64,000 nt of DNA from Octopus vulgaris (taxonomy: Eukaryota), in contig OX597843.1 in NCBI GenBank assembly GCA_951406725.2, positions 17,174,001 through 17,238,000 of the forward strand, written 5' to 3'. Positions 1-10,828 of this stretch are shown piece by piece. Every line of letters starts with the position of its first letter. Within the stretch, counting starts at the first letter, position 1. The position numbers and the translations under genes are program-made. Below the pieces are notes generated by a model. The model made no database searches. It was not told the origin of the DNA and saw only the letters and a list, made by a program, of their open reading frames with translations.

Positions 1-38
1 TATACATACATACATATCTATATATACATACACATCTA

Positions 39-1329
39 CGAGGGACGTTCAATAAGTAATGCCTCTGACCCACTTGCAGTTGTTTGATCTAGCTGAAATT
101 TTGCATGTGCAATCATTTATATCTCTATAGAGTAAGTGGCAAATTACAGCTCTGAATTAATTGTGGTTTCTGATTTACAGGTGTTTGAACCGAGTCAAGT
201 GTGACATGGAGCCTGTTGAGTGTCGAGCATTGATCCGGTTTTTGTATTTGAAAGGACGCACACCACGGGAGACTTTTGATGAAATGAAAGTAACTTATGG
301 TGATGATGCCCCATCATATGACCTTGTAAAACGCTGGCATCGTGAATTCAAACATGGTCGGAACTCTGTGGAAACAGCTCCCAGATCTGGTCGCCCCCTT
401 CTGCCATTGATGAGGCATCTGTCCGTCAAGTTGAGGCTGCCATTTTGGAAGATCAACGCATAATTATTCGCCAAATAGCCCATGAGGTCAAGATTAGTAC
501 CGGGTCTGTGGAAACTATCATTCATGACCATTTGCATATGCAAAAGGTGTCTGCCAGATGGATTCCCAGGTTGCTCACACCTTTCCAGAAGCAAGAACGC
601 GTTGAGTGCTCGAGGGTGAATTTGGAGATGTGCCAAGAAGATGAGTCAAAATTTTTCAAAAGACTGATTACACAGGATGAAACCTGGGTCCATCACGATG
701 ATCCAGAGACCAAATCCCAGTCAATGCAGTGGAAGCACCGTGACTCACCCCCTCCAAAGAAGGCAAGGGTGCAGCCCTCCGCTGGCAAGGTCATGCTCAC
801 AGTCTTCTGGGACCAGGACGGAGTAGTGATGACAGATTTCCTGGCAAAGGGTACCACAATTGCAGGAGCCTATTATGCTTAACTTTTGAGGAAATTAAGA
901 GAAGTTATCAAAATCAAGAGGCGGGGCAAGATCAGCAAAGGCATCCTCCTCCTGCAGGACAACGCTCCGGTCCACAACTCGCTTGTCGCCAGATCAGAAG
1001 CACAGGTGTATGGCTATGAACTCCTCCCCATCCCCCCTACTTTCCTGACCTTGCACCCTCTGATTTTCACCTCTTCCCATCCATGAAGTTGTTTTTGAAA
1101 GGAAAGCATTTCCCAGATGATGCAGCCTTGATTTCTGAAGTCACGTTGAGGTTGGAGGACCAAGCTGGGGTCTTCTACAAAAACGGTCTCGAGAGCTGCA
1201 TCAAACGATGGGAGAAATGCGTAACTCTGGGTGGTTCCTATGTAGAAAAAGACTAATAACTGTGCCAAATTTCGTTGCTCTACTGCTATGGGAAGTGGGT
1301 CATGGGCATTACATATTGAACGCCCCTCG
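39..1329 (+). mobile_element. Full-length mariner (Tc1/mariner, DD34D) DNA transposon, inactivated
   Basis: About 37-bp imperfect TIRs: CGAGGGACGTTCAATAAGTAATGCCTCTGACCCACTT at 39 and its reverse complement ending at 1329. TA on both sides (37-38, 1330-1331). Length 1291 bp. Confidence 0.95.
206..1256 (+). pseudogene. Mariner transposase pseudogene
   Basis: ATG at 206; HTH region, WIPRLL, DETW, SAGKVM, QDNAPVH...PDLAPSD (34 aa between the 2nd and 3rd D); TAA at 1254-1256. Frameshifts near 400 and 1030, in-frame stop at 880-882. Confidence 0.93.
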
Positions 1330-1723
1330 TATATATACATACATATATATATATATACATATATATATACATATACATACATATATATATACATATACAT
1401 ATATATATACATATACATATATATATACATATATATATATACATACATATATATATACATATACATATACATATATATATACATACATATATATATACAT
1501 ATACATACATATATAATATACATATACATATATATATACACATATATATATACATACATATATATACATATACATACATATATATACATATATATACATA
1601 TATATATACATACATATATATATACATATATATATATATACATATATATATACATATATATATACATATATATACATATATATATATACATATATATACA
1701 TATATATATATACATATATATAC

Positions 1724-1760
<37 letters not shown>

Positions 1761-1792
1761 CATATATATATATACATACATATATATACATA

Positions 1793-1854
<62 letters not shown>

Positions 1855-2026
1855 CATACATATATATATATACATACATATACATATATATATATACATA
1901 CATATACATATATATATATACATACATATACATATATATATATACATACATATACATACATATATATATATACATACATATATATATATACATACATATA
2001 TATATATACATACATATATATACATA

Positions 2027-2067
<41 letters not shown>

Positions 2068-2366
2068 ACATACATATATATACATATATATATATACATA
2101 CATATATATACATATATATATATACATACATATATATACATATATATGTATATATACATATATATATATACATATATATATATACATATATATATATACA
2201 TACATATATATATACATACATATATATAATATATATATAATACATATATATACATATATATATATATACATATATATATATACATACATATATATACATA
2301 TATATATACATATATATATACATATATATATATACATATATATAATACATACATATATATATATAC

Positions 2367-2405
<39 letters not shown>

Positions 2406-2498
2406 CATACATATATATACATATATATATACATACATATATATACATATATATATACATACATATATATACATATATATATACATACATATATATAC

Positions 2499-2533
<35 letters not shown>

Positions 2534-2597
2534 CATACATATATATACATATATATATACATATAGATATATATATATACATATATATATACATACA

Positions 2598-2629
<32 letters not shown>

Positions 2630-2649
2630 GATATATACATATTAACATA

Positions 2650-2681
<32 letters not shown>

Positions 2682-2808
2682 GATATACATATATACATAC
2701 ATAGATATACATATATATATACATACATAGATATATATATATACATACATAGATATATATATATACATATATATACATACATAGATATATATATATACAT
2801 GTATATAT
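1330..2808. repeat. Compound (TA)n/(TACA)n microsatellite, about 1.5 kb
   Basis: Direct inspection; it generates the spurious YIYI/MYVY ORFs. Confidence 0.98.
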
Positions 2809-4380
2809 TTGCACCCCCTCTAGCCAATCTGTGGCGGAACTCATTGGATGCTGGATATATACCAGAAGACCTTCTATCCCAGTCTGTTGTCCCAGTTTTC
2901 AAAAAGGAAACAAATCGCTTGCCGTGAATTACCGTCCAATCTCACTCACCTCTCATATCATCAAGGTATTTGAGAGGGTGCTGAGATCGCGTATGACTCA
3001 CTTCCTTGAGAGTCATAATATGCTGAACCCCAACCAGCATGGATTCCGTAATGGGAGAGATTGCCTGACGCAGCTACTGCATCATTTTGATGACATTTTG
3101 AGAGCCTTGGGAGAGGGTTCCAACACTGATGTCATCTACCTTGATTTCAGCAAGGCCTTTGACAGGGTTGATCATAAGATCCTTCTGAGAAAGCTGTCCA
3201 ATATTGGTGTCACTGGAAAGCTGCTGCAATGGATCAAGTGCTTCCTCTCTAACAGAACCCAACATGTTGTAGTCGAAGGAGTCAAATCCAGCCCAGCCAA
3301 AGTCAGCAGTGGTGTCCCACAAGGCACTGTGTTGGGCCCACTTCTCTTCATCATCTACATAAATGATATTACTGACACCATCAAACACAGCAACATCAGA
3401 ACCTTCGCTGATGATTCCAAGCTCCAGAAGGTCATCAATGGCGTGGATGACCGAATAAACCTTCAGTCAGACCTACTAGCTGTTGTCCAATGGGCGGAAA
3501 AGAATAACATGTTGCTAAATGAAGACAAATTCGAACTGATCCACTTTGGAAGGGAGGACGCTCTGAAACTCCCATACTCTCTTCCTTCTGGAGAAATTCT
3601 CATGGCATCCAACAACATCAGAGACCTGGGAGTAACAGTGGACAACAACATAAGCTGGGCTACACATATAAGCAGCAAAGTTGACATGGCCCGCAGAATG
3701 TGTTCCTGGATTCTCAGAACCTTCCAGTCGAGAGATTCCCACGCTATTATCCTTCTCTTCTCCACTTTTGCCCGACCCCACCTTGAATACTGCTGTCCAC
3801 TGTGGTCTCCCTACACAAAACAAAATATTATGAGAATTGAAGCTCCCCAAAGGTCAATCACAAAAAAGATAGATGGCATGTCAGACCTTGACTACTGGGG
3901 TAGACTAGAGAAGCTGAAATTGTATTCACTCCAACGACGCCGTGAACGCTACATTATCTGTATGATGTGGAAAATATTCCATCAGCACTGTCCGAATGAT
4001 GTTGGCATCACCTTCAAAATGCATCCAAGGCTTGGACCACGTGCCATCCGTCCACAACAAAAATCTAAATCGCATCACATAACGACAATACGGCACAACT
4101 ATTTCACCTCAATTGGACCCGCTCTCTTCAACATTACACCAGGACACGTCAAAAAAGAAACTGACCACACAAAATTCAAGAAGTCTTTGGACAAATTCCT
4201 TCAAACAGTACCGGACAAACCATCCACACCCGGATATGTCTCCGCAAACAATAACTCTCTGCTCGAATGGGCCTTGGTGCCCAAATCCTGAACTGAAAGA
4301 CTTCGCCAGGTGGTGCTATTAAGTTAGACATGGCCTGGGCCAATACTGGCCAAAAACCTTTCTAAGTTATTCTAAGTTAT
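2809..4380 (+). mobile_element. 5'-truncated CR1-group LINE (RT domain, C-terminus and 3' UTR)
   Basis: [56 protein letters not shown] motifs. 1-nt frameshift near 2900 (upstream frame reads [16 protein letters not shown]). Stop at 4289-4291; 3' stem-loop then a (TTCTAAGTTA)2 tail. Confidence 0.93.
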
Positions 4381-4805
4381 ATATACATACATACATATAT
4401 ATATATACATATATATACATACATACATATATACATAGATATATATATACATATATACATACATATATATATACATATATACATACATATATACATACAT
4501 ATATATATACATATATATATACATACATATATACATACACATATACATACATACACATATATACACATATATACACATACACATATATACATATATATAC
4601 ACATACATATATATATACATACATATATACATGCATAAATACATACATATACATGCATGCATATATATATATATATATACATACATATATATGTACATAC
4701 ATATATATGCATACACATATAAACATAGGTATACTTATATACATATACACAGATACATATATATACACACACATACATGTACATACATATATACATACGT
4801 ATGTA
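4381..4805. repeat. (TA)/(TACA) microsatellite
   Basis: Direct inspection. Confidence 0.95.
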
Positions 4806-5234
4806 AAAGTACCAGGCTGTTGTGAGCAATGGAGCCACCTCCAAGGAAACACAAATAACAAGCGGTGTCCCACAGGGCACTGTCTTGAGGCTACTGATGT
4901 TCATAGTGGCCCTTTCAGACATGCCTTCAGTTGCTACGATGACCACCCTTGCTAGCTATGCAGATGACACAAAAGTCTCCCATGCAATACAAAACCCTGA
5001 AAATATTGCGCATCTGCAACAGGAATTGGACACTATATACAAGTGGGCTGAGGACAACAACATGCAGTTTAATGCAGGTAAGTTCCAGGCCCTGCGCTAC
5101 TGGCACACAAAGGTAAACGACGTGCAGACTGGATACACTGGCCCAGGAAGAATTGCAATCCCTGAGTCAAAATCAGTGCGTGGCCTGGGCATTGACATGA
5201 GCAATGATGCATCTTTCCAAGTGCATATTACTAA
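4806..5234 (+). mobile_element. Second CR1-group LINE, 5' part (RT fragment), split by a Helitron
   Basis: [28 protein letters not shown]. The frame continues at 6718 when 5235-6717 is removed (VHITN|LVIKCRRLAGWILRTF). Confidence 0.9.
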
Positions 5235-6717
5235 TCTCTTATTATAAAAGGCAGATTTTATCTGCCTCCCTTTGTCTCTTATAGAAATCTACAATATAGG
5301 ATTTCTTCAATTACAATTTACCTAGCATTTTTAAGAGTAGAATGCATCGGGTCGTGCCAGGTCCGGTTTTTAAAATTTCAACCCCATTTAAGCAAAATTT
5401 AGAGAAAACTCACATTGTGGTATGTAAGTGAAGTGCTTTTCTTAGTGTGGGCTACAGCACACACACAAAAACGGAGCAATCTGCTTCACTCACGCTATCA
5501 CCCTAATTTCTCCCACTTTCTCTTTGCAAGTGTACCTTAAACCACTACTAAAAAAAACAAAAAACATAGCAAACAGAAACAAATAAATACATAACGATTT
5601 ACTCCTCACACAATTTCTTCAATTAGAGTTTACCTATGATTTTTCAAAGTACTTCCATTCGGTCATGCCATATAAAATTTCTTTCAATTTCACCCCCAAT
5701 TAAGACAAAATTTGAGAAAACTCAATATTTTAACATTTCACTCCGAAAGCATTGATGTACATGTGTGCGTGCGTGAGTGTGTGTGTGTGTGTTTGATGGG
5801 ATGTGCGACACAGAAAGTGTGGTGTGTAAGTGAAGTGCTTTTGTTAGTGTGTGTAAAGAGACAGAGAGAGTACACATACCTACGTACACCTAAAGCATGT
5901 ACACACACACACAAGCGGAGCGCGAACTTCAAAAGAACTTCGCGCGCTATCTATCTGGTTTGCCATTCCTCACACACACATGCATACACATACATGTATG
6001 ACAGTGACAAACACAAACGTTTCAAACAACTACATACAAACACGTGTGTGTTTGTTATTAGTAAAAAAGGCGCCAAACACAACTCACTTCTCATTCGAAC
6101 ACATTTGCAAAAACACACCGACGGTCGAATTGCCATAACAATACAGAAAAGGTAAATTGGTTTTTAATTTACTTTCTGTCGTTAAATTTTGGTAGTATTA
6201 ATTGGCGAGCGTACTTCTGTTGTCAATTGTTGACAGAAAGAAATTGTAAGCTAATAAGGTGTGTGTGTGTAGGAAGTGAAGGATAAAAATATTGCAAGAA
6301 GTGGACAGATGTACATATATACATCCATACATACATGTGTGTGTGTGTCTATGTATGTGTATTAATGTGTGTGTGTCATCTCTATATAAAGCTGAAGTTG
6401 TCTGTGTGCGCCACGTTTGGTAACCTTCAACTAACACTATCTCCTTCAAGACCCTGCGGCGCAACTTGACCAAAATTGAGAGTATGATAGAAGGGTTGCT
6501 CTTCCTTCCGTAGAACATAAAATTCAAATCGGACCATGTTAACACCAAAAAGCTGCTTTTTTCTATGAAAATCCCGATTTTTTACGATTTTTTCACTGCT
6601 GTGTCGCCACTTTTCGGTGTATTTCGACCAGAAAAATGTTCACAAAATTTTTACTTTTCAAAATTACAATTCCAGCGGGTCGAAACAAACCCAAGCAACG
6701 CCAGGCGATACTGCTAG
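5235..6717 (+). mobile_element. Non-autonomous Helitron (composite)
   Basis: Starts TC(TCTTATTATAAAAG) and ends ...CCCAAGCAACGCCAGGCGATACTGCTAG. Inserted between A5234 and T6718 with no TSD; removal restores the LINE reading frame exactly. Confidence 0.9.
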
Positions 6718-7430
6718 TTTGGTAATAAAATGCAGACGGCTAGCTGGATGGATTCTCCGAACTTTCAGAACAAGAGAGGAGACACTGATGGTCCTTTGGA
6801 AAACATCTGTCCTCAGCTGCTTGGACTACTGCTCCCAACTGTGGTCACCACACAATATAAAACTAACAGCAGAACTCGAAGCAATTCAGAGAAGCTACAC
6901 AAAGAAAATCGTCTCAATGCAAAATATCAGCTACTGGGAAAGACTGAAAGTATTAAAACTCTTCTCCCTAGAGCAGAGGCGGGAGAGATATACGGTGATA
7001 TACATCTGGAAAATCCTGGAGGGTCTTGTCCCAAAATTTGGCATTCAAAGTTACCCCAACCGCAGAACGGGGCACCACTGCATGGTGCCAAAGATTCCAA
7101 CATCACCATCAAAATACAGGTCCAGATACTGCAACAGCTTGGGTTTCAGAGGACCACAGCTCTTTAACATCCTCCCTAAATGCCTGAGAGACTTACATAG
7201 TGTGGATGTGGGTTTCTTTAAAACTAAACTGGATCTCTTCTAGTTGGGAGTCCCAGATGAACCTACCTCACGACAGGAGACGCAGATGCGGGCAGCAGCA
7301 TCGAACTCGCTTGTTGATCAAGTGCCACGTATCAGAGGTGGATTCACATATTAGTGTAACTCATTCAGCGGTGGTGCCCCAGCGTGGCCGCAGCCTTCGG
7401 GCTAAAACATTTTTAAGGATTTAAGGATTT
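6718..7430 (+). mobile_element. Second CR1-group LINE, 3' part with 3' UTR and tandem tail
   Basis: LDYCSQLWSP, YWERLKVLKLFSLEQRRERY, GPQLFNILP; stop at 7241-7243; 3' hairpin and TTTAAGGA-repeat tail. Confidence 0.9.
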
Positions 7431-7732
7431 ATGTAAATATATATACAATGATAGCTATGTAATATATACAATGATAGCTATACGTAGATACCTACATATA
7501 TAGAAATATATACATACATCTAGAAATATGTATGTATATATATATGTATATGTGTGTGTGTGTGTGTGTGTACATGCATGTGTGTATATATGTGTGTATG
7601 TATATATCTATGTCAAACCTGCACCTGTATCAAATTACTGTTTCAGTGTTAACGATAAAACCACTGTTCATTTATTTGTCATATGGTTGCTTAACGAACT
7701 ACATTAGAGGAAACGAAATTAGTTATATATAT

Positions 7733-8041
7733 AGGCGCAGGTGTGGCTGTGTGGTAAGTAGCTTGCTTACCAACCACATGGTTCCGGGTTCAGTCCCACT
7801 GCGTGGCATCTTGGGTAAGTGTCTTCTACTATAGCCTCAGGCCAACCGAAAGAAGCCCATCATATATATATATATATATAAATAGGCATAGGAGTGGTTG
7901 TGTGGTAAGTAGCTTGCTTACCAACCACATGGTTCCGGGTTCAGTCCCACTGCGTGGCACCTAGGGCAAGTGTCTTCTACTATAGCCACGGGCCAACCGA
8001 AGCCTTGTGAGTGGATTTGGTAGACGGAAACTGAAAGAAGC

Positions 8042-8082
<41 letters not shown>

Positions 8083-8248
8083 TATATAAATAGGCATAGG
8101 AGTGGCTGTGTGGTAAGTAGCTTGCTTACCAACCACATGGTTCCGGGTTCAGTCCCACTGCGTGGCACCTAGGGCAAGTGTCTTCTACTATAGCCTCAGG
8201 CCGACCAAAAGCCTTGAGTGGATTTGGTAGACGGAAACTGAAAGAAGC

Positions 8249-8299
<51 letters not shown>

Positions 8300-8460
8300 G
8301 CATAGGAGTGGCTGTGTGGTAAGTAGCTTGCTTACCAACCACATGGTTCCGGGTTCAGTCCCACTGCGTGGCACCTAGGGCAAGTGTCTTCTACTATAGC
8401 CTCAGGCCGACCAAAAGCCTTGAGTGGATTTGGTAGACGGAAACTGAAAGAAGCCCGTCG

Positions 8461-8491
<31 letters not shown>

Positions 8492-8699
8492 ATATGTTTG
8501 TGTGTGTGTTTGTCCCCCTAGCATTGCTTGACAACCGATGCTGGTGTGTTTATGTCCCCATCACTTAGCAGTTTGGCAAAAGAGACCGATAGAATAAGTA
8601 CTGGGCTTACAAAAGAATAAGTCCTGGGGTCGAGTTGCTCGATTAGAGGCGGTGCTCCAGCATGGCCGCAGTCAAATGACTGAAACAAGTAAAAGAGTA
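7733..8699 (+). mobile_element. tRNA-derived SINE family A: four tandem heads plus one tail
   Basis: A-box-like TGGCTGTGTGG and B-box-like GGTTCAGTCCC, then CORE-like CCTTGGGCAAGTG. Heads are separated by (TA)n; a single 3' tail ends GAAACAAGTAAAAGAG. Confidence 0.88.
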
Positions 8700-8874
8700 G
8701 ATGCTATTTCGTCCACAGGTAACTGATTGTTCCACAAGTATTATTGAAGACCTAGTTGTAAATTAGGGGTTCTCAGCCATTTTCTACCTACTGACCCCTT
8801 TGATTTCTATTTTGTTCCACTGGGCCCCCATAACCATTCAATGTTTTAAGACCCCTATTATATTTTTTTATAAT

Positions 8875-9608
8875 TTAAGAAGCATCAGTTGTGGTGTGCA
8901 AGAGAGAAGTTTGCGCTGGTATAGTCATGCGGTGACAATGGATGAAGATAGTTGTGTGAAAAAGTGCCACACCCTAGCGGTTGAGGGAACCTGTGGAAGA
9001 GGCAGACCCAGGAAAACCTGGGACGAGGTGGTGAAGCACGACCTTCGAACTTTAGGTCTCACCGAGGAAATAACTAGAGACCGAGACCTATGGAAGTATG
9101 CTGTGCGTGGGAAGACCCGGCAGGACAAGTGAGACCATAACCCGTGGCCTCTACCTGGGATGTAGCCAGACCACTTATGCATACCTTTCCTTCTTGGGAC
9201 ACAAAACTCTACTTGTGAAGACCTGTTGAGGCAAGTGAGAATCAAAATCAAAGTCGATCAACATCAATGGAAATTACAGCTGTGATACCAGTGCCAGTGG
9301 TACGTAAGAGAACCATCCGAACGTGGCCGTTGCCAGCGCCACCATGACTGGCCTCCACGCCAGTGGCATGTAAAAAGCACCATCCGATCGTGTCCGTTTG
9401 CCAGCCTCGTCTGGCACCTGTGCCGGTGGCATGTAAAAGCACCCACTACACTCACGGAGTGGTTGGCGTTAGGAAGGGCATCCAGCCATAGAAACGCTGC
9501 CAGATCAGACTGGGCCTGGTGCAGCCTTCTGGCTTCCCAGACCCCTGTTGAACCGTCCAACCCATGCTAGCATGGAAAGCGGACGCTAAACGATGATGAT
9601 GATGATGA
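8875..9608 (+). mobile_element. 5'-truncated RTE-clade LINE: ORF C-terminus, long 3' UTR and (GAT)n tail
   Basis: LRWYSHAVTM...GRGRPRKTWDEVVKHDL...DRDLWK (typical RTE C-terminus), stop at 9130-9132. The UTR contains GGTTGGCGTTAGGAAGGGCATCC. This copy defines the most abundant repeat in the window. Confidence 0.88.
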
Positions 9609-9729
9609 ATATTACTGGGGACTGTGTATAAAAAAAAAAATGAATTTTAAAAATATTTTATATTTTGAAGAAGTACAAGCCATTTATTGCACATAGATTT
9701 TAACAGCAAAATCTTACGTGGATCCTAGG

Positions 9730-10820
9730 TGAGAACCACATGTAGGTGATGATGGTGATGATGATGATGGTGTGTGGTGATATGGATGCTGGTGGTGGTG
9801 GTGGTGGTAGAGATGGTGATGCTGAGAGCGCTAGTTGATGTATGATAATGTTGATAGCAGTGATGCTCGGGGGAGGTGTGAGGGGTTGATGGTGGTGGTG
9901 GTGGTGGTGGTGGTGGTGGTGGTGATGTTGGCAATGGTGGTACTGATGGCGATTGTCATCATTGTGGGGGTGGTGTTGATGATGGAGGCGGTGGTGATGA
10001 TGATGATGTAGTTTGTGACAGAAGACGATGCTCAGGGGCTGCAGAAACATATCTGTGGAGATATTGTTGTCATTTTGTTTTTGTTGGTGTTGTTGTAGTC
10101 GCCATAGCTTTCGATGGTGGTGGTGGTGGTGATGGTATGTGGTGATGGCGAGCTGGCAGAAACGTTAGCACACCGGGCGAAATGCTCAGCGGTATTTCGT
10201 CTGCCGTTACGTTCTGAGTTCAAATTCCGCCGAGGTCGACTTTACCTTTCATCCTTTCGGGGTCGATAAATTAAGTACCAGTTACGCACTGGGGTCGATG
10301 TAATCAACTTAATACCTATGTCTGTCCTTGTTTGTCCCCTCTGAGTTTAGCCCCTTGTGGGTAATAAAGAAATAGGTATTTGTGGTGGTGGTGGTATTTG
10401 TGGTGGTGATGGTGGTATTTGTGGTGGTGGTGGTATTTGTGGTAGTGGTGGTGGTGGTAGTGGTGGTGATGATGATATTTGTGGTGGTGGTGGTATTTGT
10501 GGTGGTGGTGGTGGTGGTAGTGGTGGTGATGATGATATTTGTGGTGGTGGTGGTATTTGTGGTGGTGATGGTATTTGTGGTGGTGGTGGTATTTGTGGTA
10601 GTGGTGGTGGTGGTAGTGGTGGTGATGATGATATTTGTGGTGGTGGTGGTAGTGGTGGTGATGATGATATTTGTGGTGGTGGTGGTATTTGTGGTGGTGA
10701 TGGGGGTGGTGGTATTTGTGGTGGTGGTGGTGGTGGTGATGGTATTTGTGTTGGTGGTGGTGGTAGTGGTGGTGAGTAATGATGATGGAGGTGGTGATGG
10801 GGTGATGCTGATGGTGGTGT
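9730..10820. repeat. (GGT/GAT)n trinucleotide-rich tracts, probably within the ZNF 3' UTR
   Basis: Direct inspection; starts immediately after the ZNF stop codon on the minus strand. Confidence 0.85.
10147..10381 (+). mobile_element. tRNA-derived SINE family B
   Basis: GGCGAGCTGGCAGAA...GAGTTCAAATTCC head and central CCTTTCATCCTTTCGGGGTCGATAAATTAAGTACCAG domain; ends AAGAAATAGGTATTT. Other copies at about 23358-23586, 33040-33240, 37089-37318 (+) and 53128-53360 (-). Confidence 0.85.
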
Positions 10821-10828
10821 GTTTCCAA

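Noticed and set aside
1014-2844. Long ORFs of 300-580 aa (MYIYI..., YIHTY...)
   Set aside because: Translations of a TA/TACA microsatellite that lacks stop codons; no coding signal.
2831-2900. GTG start giving an intact 486-aa RT gene
   Set aside because: The first ~23 aa are out of frame relative to the LINE ORF; the element is 5'-truncated and lacks the endonuclease, so there is no evidence of domestication.
7918-8378. Recurrent short ORFs (e.g. QIHSQGFG...CHAVGLNPEPCG; elsewhere LDALPNANHS) seen many times in the window
   Set aside because: Translations of SINE A and RTE 3'-UTR copies, not a protein family.
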